Virus record (IMG/VR): IMGVR_UViG_2643221950_000002
Location: 1 to 64,000 of that record
From: a virus
Taxonomy: Duplodnaviria; Caudoviricetes
DNA length: 64,000 nt
Reading direction: 5' to 3' (one strand)
A model generated the notes under the pieces. It was not told the DNA's origin, did not search any database, and saw only the letters and a list, made by a program, of their open reading frames with translations. Both the position numbers and the translations under genes were made by a program. Shown piece after piece: positions 52,779 to 62,544 of this stretch (its first letter is position 1; every line of letters begins with the position of its first letter).

Positions 52779-53861
52779 TTACCTCACAAATTCTAGGAAT
52801 TTTTGCACAGTTCCCCTATCTGCTTTACGAAAAAAATTGACAAAATCCTCTTTTGTTGCACTTTCAATCAATGAAAAATCTACTTCTCTATCCATCAATA
52901 TACCTGCGGAATTTTCTATATTGTCATTTTTAGTTAAATATCTCATTGGGGTCTTAGGATCTTTGTGATTTCCCTGAGCCATAGCAACCCTTATATCATT
53001 GCCAGACTCTTCATACGCTATATCAATCCCTACGCCTTTTAAAGAGTGAGGTTTAAGGTTTCTTGAGGCTGATATACCTAATCTATCCAGAGCTCTATTG
53101 AAGGATTCTCGAAAGGATCTTGATGTTAAACCGCTAAACACTAAATCATTATCCTTACTGTTTTGTTTTTTTAATTGTCTCAGCTCATTTAAAAAATTTT
53201 CATGAAGGCCTGTAGAAACTACATAAGCCCCTTTATTCAAGGATTCTACTTTATAAAATTCGCCGTCAACCTTTTTAATGTCCATCCATCTAACAGTAAG
53301 TGCATACTCAATTCTAAAAGAAGTACGAATTAAAAATTTGGTGAGCAGCTTTTTTTTCAATCCATTCTCACGCTCTAGCAACATGTTATCCGCAATTCTT
53401 TCTGCTTCAGTTTGAGTTGTTTTACCGTAACTCTTAGATATTTCTTTTAGTTTCTTTGTTGATCCAAATTGACTTAAATCAATTAAAGAAGAATAAGTAC
53501 TCACCGTCTTAAGAAACTTGTATAAGCCTTTAACTGATATCACTTTACGGTTGATTGTTGAATTGGCTAAACCTTCTTCTTTCAGATGTTTCCTAAAGTT
53601 TATTAAGTCAATTGAGGTGATTTCAATATCTTCGGGAGTTAGAAACTCTATTCCAATATTGGGTTTAAGAAAGCCAAAGAATTGTTTAATATCACCATAA
53701 TAATTAACTGCTGTATTTGTCTCAAACAATTTATGTCTCCGCTTTGTTTTAGAAAAAACATCAATATTTCCAACTGATCCCTCATCATCAATCTTTTTTA
53801 GATAAGTCATGATATCGTTATATACAGTGTATTCCTTAAGTGGAACTGGTTTAGTCTTCAT
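52779..53861 (-). CDS. yopP: tyrosine recombinase-like protein (YopP/SroD-like)
   Basis: STINR, TSFRI, NKG, PHSLK, GNH...MRY. Confidence 0.85.
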   Translation of the reverse strand: MKTKPVPLKEYTVYNDIMTYLKKIDDEGSVGNIDVFSKTKRRHKLFETNTAVNYYGDIKQFFGFLKPNIGIEFLTPEDIEITSIDLINFRKHLKEEGLANSTINRKVISVKGLYKFLKTVSTYSSLIDLSQFGSTKKLKEISKSYGKTTQTEAERIADNMLLERENGLKKKLLTKFLIRTSFRIEYALTVRWMDIKKVDGEFYKVESLNKGAYVVSTGLHENFLNELRQLKKQNSKDNDLVFSGLTSRSFRESFNRALDRLGISASRNLKPHSLKGVGIDIAYEESGNDIRVAMAQGNHKDPKTPMRYLTKNDNIENSAGILMDREVDFSLIESATKEDFVNFFRKADRGTVQKFLEFVR

Positions 53862-53874
53862 TTTTCTCCCTCCT

Positions 53875-54063
53875 TCACATTAATTCTTCAATTGTTGAAT
53901 TAAGAACAATCGCTATTTTTGCCATTTCAATTAACCTAGCCTCTTCAGGATTAGATATAATTTGTTCTAGTCTTTTCACTGAAATACCTGATTCAGCAGC
54001 TACACTATCTATAGTTTTGTTCGATTGTTCTATAATATTTAGTAAGTTATTAGGCACTGGCAC
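53875..54063 (-). CDS. yopO: XRE HTH protein (YopO/SroC-like)
   Basis: VAAESGISVKRL HTH; synteny. Confidence 0.75.
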   Translation of the reverse strand: MPVPNNLLNIIEQSNKTIDSVAAESGISVKRLEQIISNPEEARLIEMAKIAIVLNSTIEELM

Positions 54064-54115
54064 ATCTCCTTCAAATGCTTATGTATCTTAGATGCCCTGG
54101 CCATTGGTGTTAATT

Positions 54116-54424
54116 TTATGTAGTGATAAAATATTCAAATTCATACTCAACGGATTTGCGAAGTTCTTTTATGAATTCCATTCTCTTACGGTAGGCTGCG
54201 AGAAGATCTCCAGTGTAAGTGTTTGTCAATACGGTTTGATTAAAAGAAAACTCATCTATTTGTTTTAAATACTCAAATACAGCTTGTTTAACCTTATATA
54301 GATCAACTGGTGAATTAATTGATAAACTTAGGCTGCGTAAATATACAAGTTCTTCTTTTAAGCTGTTAATTATTTCGTATTGATACTCAATGTCCGCACA
54401 GCTTTTTTCTGGTGATGCAATCAC
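54116..54424 (-). CDS. YopN/SroB-position protein
   Basis: AGGAGG RBS; synteny only. Confidence 0.6.
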   Translation of the reverse strand: MIASPEKSCADIEYQYEIINSLKEELVYLRSLSLSINSPVDLYKVKQAVFEYLKQIDEFSFNQTVLTNTYTGDLLAAYRKRMEFIKELRKSVEYEFEYFITT

Positions 54425-54436
54425 TGGCCTTACCTC

Positions 54437-54622
54437 CTAACTATTCAATAATTTCAAATATCCTGAAATCATCGATCTTCTAATTTGTTCTTTTTTGATT
54501 TCTTTATCTATGTTATTTTTGTTTTCTTGGTGATTAAACCATTCTCCACCGAATTTATCTATCTTACGAGCATAAACAGTTTTATTGAAATTTATAACAT
54601 TGTCTTTTCTAGCAGCTAACAT
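54437..54622 (-). CDS. YopM/SroA-like small protein
   Basis: NVINF...ARK...GG.WF; first gene after aimP; promoter TTTACA-17-TAAACT. Confidence 0.65.
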   Translation of the reverse strand: MLAARKDNVINFNKTVYARKIDKFGGEWFNHQENKNNIDKEIKKEQIRRSMISGYLKLLNS

Positions 54623-54844
54623 AATTCTCCTCCTAAATTACATATTTCCGTATGTCTTATTTATAGTTTAATGGATAAAAACTTATATGTAAAGCTTTTT
54701 TCACGACAAATAGCACATTTTCAATGTGCTTTTGTAAGATCATTATTCAATTTCGGAAAAATTGGCATATTGTCGTAAAAATACAAAATGACGCAAACCC
54801 CTAAAGGGTTATACGTCATATTATGTACAACAATTATTCATTAG

Positions 54845-54873
54845 ATTATATATTGTCATTCTTAAAATTTCAA
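54845..54873 (-). promoter_or_regulatory. sigmaA promoter at the aimX position
   Basis: TTGAAA-17-TATAAT immediately after the aimP terminator. Confidence 0.7.
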
Positions 54874-54898
54874 GAAAAAGGGGATATTTCTATCCCTT
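54874..54898 (-). terminator. aimP terminator
   Basis: GGGATA-GAAA-TATCCC then CTTTTT. Confidence 0.8.
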
Positions 54899-54913
54899 GA
54901 CTACAAACGATTA

Positions 54914-55039
54914 CTAAGCTCCTCTAGAAGCAGATGATGTTGACACTTTTTCAGCATCCATAGCAATTGATTGCTGTGTACCAGAGAATACGCCTGCTAC
55001 TGCTGCAACTAAAACTAAAGCCATAACTAATTTCTTCAT
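54914..55039 (-). CDS. aimP: arbitrium pro-peptide AimP; mature peptide SASRGA
   Basis: MKKLVMALVLVAAVAGVFSGTQQSIAMDAEKVSTSSASRGA*: signal peptide plus C-terminal RGA hexapeptide; AAAGGGGG RBS; directly after aimR. Confidence 0.95.
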   Translation of the reverse strand: MKKLVMALVLVAAVAGVFSGTQQSIAMDAEKVSTSSASRGA

Positions 55040-55067
55040 ATATCTCACCCCCTTTCAAGCTTAAAAC

Positions 55068-56225
55068 TCAAATAGCTAAAAGTTCTAAAATTTCATTTTC
55101 TACGCCCATATTCTTTAATTTAATTAAAGGCAGTTTAACAAAATATTTATCATCTGATTTCTTGAAATGTTTAACTGATTTCAAGAAGCACCCTTTGTCT
55201 TTATAGAATATACCTTTAACATAGTAAAGGAACCCTAAATCATTATCATGCATAGTAGTTGAGTCTAATTTATTAAACACATCCATCATTTTATCTGCCT
55301 GATCATTAAGCATAAAGTGATGTGCAAGTTCTATAAAATCAGAATCATTTTTCGGTTCCTGTTCGAGGTATTTATTTTCTTTTACTCCCCAAATGTTTTC
55401 TAAGAATGCCAAAGCTGATGTAAGTTTATATTTATGGAAGCTATTTTTTGCGAATTTCAAACCGTTGATATAATATGTTTTTGCTTTCTTATAATCATCA
55501 AACACATAAGAATTACCGCAGGTAAGATGAGCAAACACTTGAAATCGATTCACCTTAACATCTTCAGTTATAATTTGATCACAGTAGTCTCTGAGAGGCT
55601 TTAAATTGTTGTCATTTAAAAACACGTTGGCCATAAGCAGCAAATACCTTGAACTAAAAGAGTCTTTAACATAACCCTTTTTTAAATTAGAAAGATCAAT
55701 ATATGCTGATGTACTCTTCATTAGACCAAACTCACCTGAGTTTAGGTATTCATACAATGTCATCATCCTTGCAAACACAAACATTTCTTCACTCTTGATT
55801 TTTATAGTACCAGTTTCTTTGATAGCAGAAGTTAAATCAATTTCACCTTTTGTGAGCATTCTATGTATGCGATATACATTCCCCCACTCTTTGCTTAATG
55901 CGTTGCTGGCGTTGCATAATTTATCAACAAGTTCATCTGTTTCTTCCCCAAGTTGATTAGCATCTAAATATTCTACAGCTTGTCTAGCAGCTGACTTGTT
56001 AGGGTCGAGTGTTGTGATATAGGTGCTAATTATTTCAATTTCTCTTTCTTGATCAACTTCTCTAACTAAATTTATAAGATTGCTCAAGTCATCCATCTCT
56101 TTGTTAGAGCTATTTAAAAATTTGTAAAGGCCAGTTCTATCCGAATAGCCCGCTATCTTAGCTAGTTTCATAGCCAAAGAAGAATCATCTTCACATTTAT
56201 TTTTTATGTATGTTTTAAGATTCAT
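55068..56225 (-). CDS. aimR: arbitrium receptor AimR (HTH plus TPR)
   Basis: N-terminal LAKIAGYSDRTGLYKFL, ARQAVEY, KEWG.VY, C-terminal SVKHFKKSDDKY. Confidence 0.95.
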   Translation of the reverse strand: MNLKTYIKNKCEDDSSLAMKLAKIAGYSDRTGLYKFLNSSNKEMDDLSNLINLVREVDQEREIEIISTYITTLDPNKSAARQAVEYLDANQLGEETDELVDKLCNASNALSKEWGNVYRIHRMLTKGEIDLTSAIKETGTIKIKSEEMFVFARMMTLYEYLNSGEFGLMKSTSAYIDLSNLKKGYVKDSFSSRYLLLMANVFLNDNNLKPLRDYCDQIITEDVKVNRFQVFAHLTCGNSYVFDDYKKAKTYYINGLKFAKNSFHKYKLTSALAFLENIWGVKENKYLEQEPKNDSDFIELAHHFMLNDQADKMMDVFNKLDSTTMHDNDLGFLYYVKGIFYKDKGCFLKSVKHFKKSDDKYFVKLPLIKLKNMGVENEILELLAI

Positions 56226-56246
56226 ATGACCCCACTCCCTACAATA

Positions 56247-56275
56247 AATTTACTATAATTTCAATTCATTGTCAA
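56247..56275 (-). promoter_or_regulatory. aimR promoter
   Basis: TTGACA-17-TAAATT; SPBRE-like TTTGTTATTTG just upstream at about 56283. Confidence 0.7.
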
Positions 56276-56376
56276 CTAAATATTTGTTATTTGTTGTTTA
56301 TTATAAGGAGTTTAATTTTGTTTGATCATATACTATAATAAACACTTGAATACTGTATCTAAGGAGAAATTAAATC

Positions 56377-56541
56377 ATGTTGAAAGAAATTGATCTTGAT
56401 AAGATTTACGACATACGAGAATATCCTGATAAACATAGTGGCCGCTGCGATAATTGCGACACAGCACAATTCAAGTCTACAATTTCCAAAGGAGAATTTA
56501 TTCGTCAATGTGCCAAATGTGGAATGAAAAAGAGGGTTTAA
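56377..56541 (+). CDS. 54-aa zinc-ribbon microprotein divergent from aimR
   Basis: AAGGAG RBS; CDNC and CAKC pairs. Confidence 0.7.
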   Translation: MLKEIDLDKIYDIREYPDKHSGRCDNCDTAQFKSTISKGEFIRQCAKCGMKKRV

Positions 56542-56699
56542 TCCCTCCTCCACTCTTATCCTCCTGGACGAATATCAGCCATTAACTCACCTCCCCCTAT
56601 TAGCCTCCTACTTTAATTGCTTCAATAATCATTTTCAACCACCTTCTAAATGAAATACTTCTTTTATTACAAATCCAACTTATCAAATTAGATTAAGCA

Positions 56700-57329
56700 T
56701 TACTCTTTTACATTCTCTCCTGACCGCTCATCAAGACTATCATAATATGCATCTTTAACCATTGCTTCAACATCTGGCTCATCAAATAAGTCATCATTAT
56801 GCAACTCAAACCTTGCTTCACCGACCATATCTGCCAAGTTAGGAATATGTTTTGAAAAATATTCAATTGATAGCTCATAACAATTTATTAATTGGATGTA
56901 TACTTTTACTGCTTCTTCCATACTCAAATTAATTTCATAATGCATAATTTCATTTCTCTTTTTGTTTAGATATGTCATTGCCTCTTTTAATTTTGGGGGC
57001 ACTTCTATATCGCAAAGAAGTTCAAGTCTCCTAATCGCTTCAGAAAAACCAACAGTTTGTATATTGGGGGAGACTTCAAAAATGCTATTTTTCTTTTGTT
57101 TAATCATTTCTTCTTTTGCTTTCATATATGAAGTAAGGTCTTTGAAGACTAGATATTCGTTCTTACTTTTTAATAAATATTTAAAAAGCAATTCAGCAGC
57201 ATGATTTATGGATAGTATTGCATCTTTAATTCTATGATCGTGTCCCTCAGTCAATTCCATCATTACCTGAATTGAACTATGCGTTGCGTTAAGGGAATCT
57301 ACAGCATTATCTAATAATGTAAATTTCAT
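56700..57329 (-). CDS. HEPN-like protein
   Basis: helical; AILSINHAAELLFK; RNEIMH (RxxxxH). Confidence 0.7.
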   Translation of the reverse strand: MKFTLLDNAVDSLNATHSSIQVMMELTEGHDHRIKDAILSINHAAELLFKYLLKSKNEYLVFKDLTSYMKAKEEMIKQKKNSIFEVSPNIQTVGFSEAIRRLELLCDIEVPPKLKEAMTYLNKKRNEIMHYEINLSMEEAVKVYIQLINCYELSIEYFSKHIPNLADMVGEARFELHNDDLFDEPDVEAMVKDAYYDSLDERSGENVKE

Positions 57330-57359
57330 TTGATCTCGCCTTTCATTAGAAGAATGATT

Positions 57360-57602
57360 TCATTCGAAAAACTTTTGTCTCTCTTTTAATCTTCTATTCT
57401 CTTCCTCTAATTCTGCAATGTACTCTTCATACTGTTGATTTTGCGCTTGTCTTCCACCAGTTATTTTATTGAAGATAGCATACATGTATACAAACATTAC
57501 TGGCACGCCCATAATTGGGCCGAATAGGATGAATACCAGCCAAACTGCAAATCCCCCGCCAAAAATAATCGTATTTAAATTCATCACTACACCCCTTTTC
57601 AA
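57360..57602 (-). CDS. small membrane protein with coiled-coil tail
   Basis: hydrophobic N-half, charged C-terminus. Confidence 0.6.
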   Translation of the reverse strand: MKRGVVMNLNTIIFGGGFAVWLVFILFGPIMGVPVMFVYMYAIFNKITGGRQAQNQQYEEYIAELEEENRRLKERQKFFE

Positions 57603-58605
57603 TAGGATTATTTTATCATACGGTTAATCAATACTCACCATTTTTTCATTTTATTTCCCTTTGCATATGATCTGAATTTCACATTAAGTACTAAATTATG
57701 ATGTCTTTTATTAACTGCTATTTCAATGAGGGAAGGAATCCCACTCTTAGCTCATGTTAAAAACATCATTTTATTTGGCCTGTAATCAATCATAATGCAC
57801 GTTACAGGATGCAACACGCTTTTAGAATACAGTACCTTCTTTTATGTACAGTCTCAATAATTTAATTTGTTGTTTAAGTATTCCTCTACGCTGCCATCAA
57901 AACCTATATACCCTACTTCAAGTTCATCTAAAATTTGTTCCTGATCAGCCCAACATTTAAACATATTGTGCATGTTTGGTTTTGAAAGTTCTTTCTTAAT
58001 TAATTCTCGCATATCATCCACCCCTTACGTATATGTAATTTATCCAGAATAAATAAATGCACAAAGCAGCATAATGGCCAATAGACTAAATACAGCAATA
58101 CTGATCAAATCATCCCGCCGTTTTAGTAACCTCTCTTGGATCGTTTTCATTCTTTTCCACTTACAACATCAGTTTCAATTTCATCATATTGATTAAACAA
58201 GAACATATACTCAAGATCAAATGCATCTAAAAATTCTTGTTTTGCGATATGGCCTGTTATAACTGCGCCTTCTAGGGATTGTTTATCAACTTTTGCAAAT
58301 ACACTCCTTGCCGCTCTTTCAGCTACGTCCTCTAAACTTTTTCTAATCTCTTCTTTCACTTCAAACATTTTTTTGTAATCCATAATTAACGCCCCTTTTA
58401 GTATATGTTATTTATTTGTTTAAAACTCATGTTTTATTTAATTTGTAATATACACTTCTCTTGTGTACTACGTACAAAGAAACCTAATTTAATTTTAATC
58501 TATTAACAATACACTTAACTTCTAAACTTCGAATACTTTAACGTATATGTAATTTTTGTGATTATTTAAAAGGAAGTCGTCATAAGACGACTCAGCCTTA
58601 TAGGT

Positions 58606-59271
58606 TTAAAAATACTTAGATTCTTCTACATCAACCCATTCTTTTAAAGCTGGGAGTATCTCTAATATTTGTTCTTTAATTGGTGATAATTCTAAAGAGA
58701 TTTGGCCACTTACTTCTGTCAGCATCTCATTTAATTCATTTAGCTGATCTCTGATGTGTTTAAAGGTTTGCAATTCAGGAACAGAAAAATAATTTGTTAT
58801 TCTTGAATTAACAAATGTGAATATGCTATCTAATACTAATTTATTTACAGATTCTAAATTAGAGGAGTAGATAAATGATTCAAACTTCTTTAAAGGTTTC
58901 GGTATTTCAACAAAATCAAGTTCTTCATTTGTAAAACTTAAGAAGATTTCGCTATCTGTTTGAACAAAAAGTCTATTATCATTATCCATTCTTCTAGAAA
59001 AAAATATCGGTTCACCGTGTCCCATTGCTTCAAGAACATTCCCAGGAGCGTTCTTGTCCCTTCTTATGAAACCAATCATAAATCTTTTAAAATTAGGATT
59101 ATCATTCCACTTTTCTTTGAAATAAGCTTCGAAATTCTCTATAGGAAAACTTTGCTCTTTACCCAAAACACTTCCAATCTTCATAATAAATCTTTTCATT
59201 TTCTCATTCCTTTTCATTTTTATACTAAGACTATAAACAAATGTTGATAATATTTCCATTAATTTGCTCAT
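58606..59271 (-). CDS. hypothetical protein
   Basis: 221 aa; hairpin GTCGTC..GACGAC downstream; lies between two junction motifs. Confidence 0.65.
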   Translation of the reverse strand: MSKLMEILSTFVYSLSIKMKRNEKMKRFIMKIGSVLGKEQSFPIENFEAYFKEKWNDNPNFKRFMIGFIRRDKNAPGNVLEAMGHGEPIFFSRRMDNDNRLFVQTDSEIFLSFTNEELDFVEIPKPLKKFESFIYSSNLESVNKLVLDSIFTFVNSRITNYFSVPELQTFKHIRDQLNELNEMLTEVSGQISLELSPIKEQILEILPALKEWVDVEESKYF

Positions 59272-60377
59272 TTCTTATAAAGGATTAAATAAAAGAAACA
59301 TTTTATTTAACTTTCAATTTTCAATAATTCAATTGCTCGATCGTATGCAACAACTTGATTTAAATAGATATCAATACTATTATCCATCAGCCCGTCAGCC
59401 GAAAATAAATACTTGTCATCTTTCTTTAGCTTAAATTCAAGATTGTCCAATGTTCTTTTAATAATAATAATCTGTTCTTGCAATCTATTTTTAGCAATCT
59501 CTCTTTCTGCTTCAAGCATAACTAAGTTTTTATTTTCTTTTGTCATATTTTCCATTCTCCTTTCTGTAGAAAATCAACATTTTATATTAATTTTTGCGTG
59601 AGGATTGGGTAATTTATTAATATCAATCCATCGACCATTTCTTCCTTTCGGATCACTTATATGCGTTAGGTATACTTCTTTATCAGATGATTTAAGGACT
59701 ACATATGTAAAACTGTTAATCATCACACAGTGCCCTTTTTCGTATTTAAAATTATTTAAACACATTGGTTAAAGTGTTAGACTTAAATCTAATATTCTCT
59801 TTTTACGATCATTAAGCTTCTTTATTTCCTCATCTATTCTTTTAAACTTCGATTTCATAACCCTTTCAAAATCTCTTTTCTTGTCGTCTCCATCTAGAAG
59901 AATTATTTCACGATCACCCTTAGATGTATTGAAATTGTAAAGACCTCCAACATGTTGATTTTTCATCCATTTTTCATAATCAGATCGATCAACCTCTTCT
60001 TTCTCAATTCTTCCATCTTTATAAAGACTTATTTTTAACATCACTTCTCCTCTTTCCTGCATAAAATTAGAATTTTATTCGACTATTCCATATGCTTTGT
60101 ATATTTCTTCTTTCATACTATGCCCTTGCCGCTCTTCTTCTTCACCAATCTCTTTAAATGTCATTGTGAACTCATCAATAAGTCTAAAATTGATTTCACC
60201 GACTCCTTCCTCGTCAATTACATCATACATTTCATTTATTGAGTATTTTACCGTTCCTTTTAAACCATCAACATCTGCATCTAAAATTCTTTTAATTACT
60301 TGCTCCATAATTTTTACATCCCCTTTTTTAAAACGCTAGAATTTTTATCAACCGTTTCCGTTGTATCTTATAACTAT

Positions 60378-60406
60378 ATTATATATGTTATTTGTACTTT
60401 AATCAA
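60378..60406 (-). promoter_or_regulatory. sigmaA promoter with SPBRE-like element
   Basis: TTGATT-17-TATAAT, spacer AAAGTACAAATAACATA. Confidence 0.8.
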
Positions 60407-60430
60407 TAAAAAATGTGTGTTATTTGTACT

Positions 60431-62038
60431 TTAATTTCCTAGCATTAAAACTTTTGATGTATCTAACATATAATAACCTTTGTTTTTCATTGTCTTGTTA
60501 TATTCTCTCTCACCTTCGAATTCATTGATAACCGCTCTTTCCTCTTCGTTCATTTCAGTAAACTCTGTATTACCGTATGATGGTGGCAACCACCCTTTTT
60601 TCTGACTTCCGAAAATATTGAACTTTTTTAAAATCTCATCATTTTTAAATTCAATATGACATGTCCCTTTTTTGTAAAACGTTAAATAAAAATACTTCAA
60701 ATCAATTTTTTTCGTTTCTCCATAGTGTTTAGACATTTTTAGAACTTCATCAATATTAACATCTTCAGTAAGGCCATTGTCTAGGTAGTTAAACACTTTT
60801 TCGATATCTTTGAGTTTATCCATAACAGTATAGTAAGTTGGATCATAATTACCATCCCAAGTACCATAACCATTTAGTGGAATTACAACTTTTTTGTTTA
60901 TTTTATAAGATTTGTTTGTTTTCCATCCGTTATATAAGTGAACATTTTTTGATGTTTTATCATAATAGTGTTTATGGCTGAACTCTTCAAACAAATTTAG
61001 AATGGTTTCTTCGACTCCTTGAATCATTTCTTTACTCATTTGTATTCTTAATGTGTATATGTTGAATAAAGAGAAATCATAATCCTTTAACTCTTCGACA
61101 TGCTGCAAATATTTTTGCTTTAGATTGCTTGTAAAAAGACTCATGAATTCAGCATTATTAAACAGTGTATTCCAATACTTTTGCCTTACACTTTTAATAA
61201 ATTCGTTTTCCATATCTTCTGTATAGTTATTTGCAGAAGAATCCAATTCTAATTTTAGTATCGGTTTAGAAGTTTCTTTAAAGCTATTTAAGATTAACGG
61301 TTTCATGCTATTGTATTCATTTATAAGTTTCAAGCCTGCTTTAAGCTCATAGTTAAATTGCTCAACAATTCCCCTTATGTAATCAGAATCAATTAATTGA
61401 GTTGATTTATAATCATTTTTAAGTATGTGGCTTTCATCCTTTTTCAATTCATTTAAAAGAACACTGTTATATTCACCGTTATCAATTTTTATATAAACTA
61501 AAGCTGTCTCTACACTTGTCTTTCTTTCAGAACTAACAAAGGCATCTTTTATAAATTCGACATCTGCATCAAGCTCGGTCAACTTTCTAACGAGATATTT
61601 CCTGTCATTAGAATAAGGGTTATTTAATGTTTCAGCGTTTAGTAAACAGACTATCTGACCCGTTCTATGTTGTGATTCAATTAAATTAATGGCCTTTAAT
61701 AAATGCTTTTCCCCATTGCTGAACGGCGGATTCATAAATATAAGATCATATTTCTTGTATGTATTAAAAGTTAGAAAATCATCTGAAATAACTCTGAAAT
61801 CTTTACCTTTTAACAAGTGGCGCAAGTTCTCATCATGCTCAATAGCATCGATGTCATACTTTGATTCTCTTCTATATATCTTGGTGTAATCAAATTGCTT
61901 ATGAATTGCTTCCACCAAATTGCCTGAACCCGCTGAAGGCTCTAAAACTGATTTAATATACTTCCAATCTACCTTTCTATTCATTTTGTTGATTAAACTT
62001 GCTGGAGTTGGGTAAAAATCTAGATTCTCTTTAAACAT
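60431..62038 (-). CDS. DUF4942-containing N6-adenine methyltransferase
   Basis: DFYPTP, LEPSAGSG, MNPPF, YKKGTCHI. Confidence 0.85.
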   Translation of the reverse strand: MFKENLDFYPTPASLINKMNRKVDWKYIKSVLEPSAGSGNLVEAIHKQFDYTKIYRRESKYDIDAIEHDENLRHLLKGKDFRVISDDFLTFNTYKKYDLIFMNPPFSNGEKHLLKAINLIESQHRTGQIVCLLNAETLNNPYSNDRKYLVRKLTELDADVEFIKDAFVSSERKTSVETALVYIKIDNGEYNSVLLNELKKDESHILKNDYKSTQLIDSDYIRGIVEQFNYELKAGLKLINEYNSMKPLILNSFKETSKPILKLELDSSANNYTEDMENEFIKSVRQKYWNTLFNNAEFMSLFTSNLKQKYLQHVEELKDYDFSLFNIYTLRIQMSKEMIQGVEETILNLFEEFSHKHYYDKTSKNVHLYNGWKTNKSYKINKKVVIPLNGYGTWDGNYDPTYYTVMDKLKDIEKVFNYLDNGLTEDVNIDEVLKMSKHYGETKKIDLKYFYLTFYKKGTCHIEFKNDEILKKFNIFGSQKKGWLPPSYGNTEFTEMNEEERAVINEFEGEREYNKTMKNKGYYMLDTSKVLMLGN

Positions 62039-62073
62039 ATTTTCTCCTTTTTTAAAGGCACCTTTACAGAACC

Positions 62074-62544
62074 TTATTTAATTTGATTTAAATGGGATAC
62101 CCCTTCTTCAATACTCATTCTTAAAACAATTCTCACCATCTCCTCCTGAAAACCCGTTTCATCTTTTTTAGATGAGAGATTAATAAGATTTTTCATGTCA
62201 TTTAAATTGAGGTTAGGCAAAATATCTTTGGTGAAGTGTTCTTTTGCTTTTTCGATATTTTCTTTTTCATTTTTTGCTTCTCTGATTGAGTTTAGACTTA
62301 CAACATTTGTTTTTTGCACTTCTTCTTGAACATCTTCGATTTCTTGTTTCGTTAATTCTGATTCGATTGGTTGGGGTGTAGGATCAGTAATAAAGGCTTC
62401 GACTAGTTCAGCTTCACCATTTTTGATTAGTTCCAATGCTTCTGATTTTTTTATTGGAAAACTTCTCATTTGAGCCCAGCTGTATCTGTAGTATCTGTTA
62501 CCTTTTTGTTTAATTAACATCATCTTTACCCTCTCCAGTCTCAC
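62074..62544 (-). CDS. hypothetical protein
   Basis: GGAGAGG RBS, about 150 aa. Confidence 0.6.
   Translation of the reverse strand: MRLERVKMMLIKQKGNRYYRYSWAQMRSFPIKKSEALELIKNGEAELVEAFITDPTPQPIESELTKQEIEDVQEEVQKTNVVSLNSIREAKNEKENIEKAKEHFTKDILPNLNLNDMKNLINLSSKKDETGFQEEMVRIVLRMSIEEGVSHLNQIK

Noticed and set aside
50312-53861. Integrase-like genes marking a prophage end
   Set aside because: They are internal sro-operon genes, and phage genes continue on both sides with no att or host junction in the window.
54721-54819. 32-aa ORF MTYNPLGVC... as AimX
   Set aside because: No RBS, no MazE-like motif, and it overlaps a terminator-like hairpin.
60329-60347. Near-matches to the junction palindrome (also about 2515, 42461, 57600, 62053)
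   Set aside because: Wrong spacer length or two or more mismatches, so excluded from the count.
377-61889. Most plus-strand ORF-track entries nested opposite long minus-strand genes (e.g. 377-658, 6306-6704, 13715-14050, 29308-29748)
   Set aside because: Antisense shadows without RBS or promoter.
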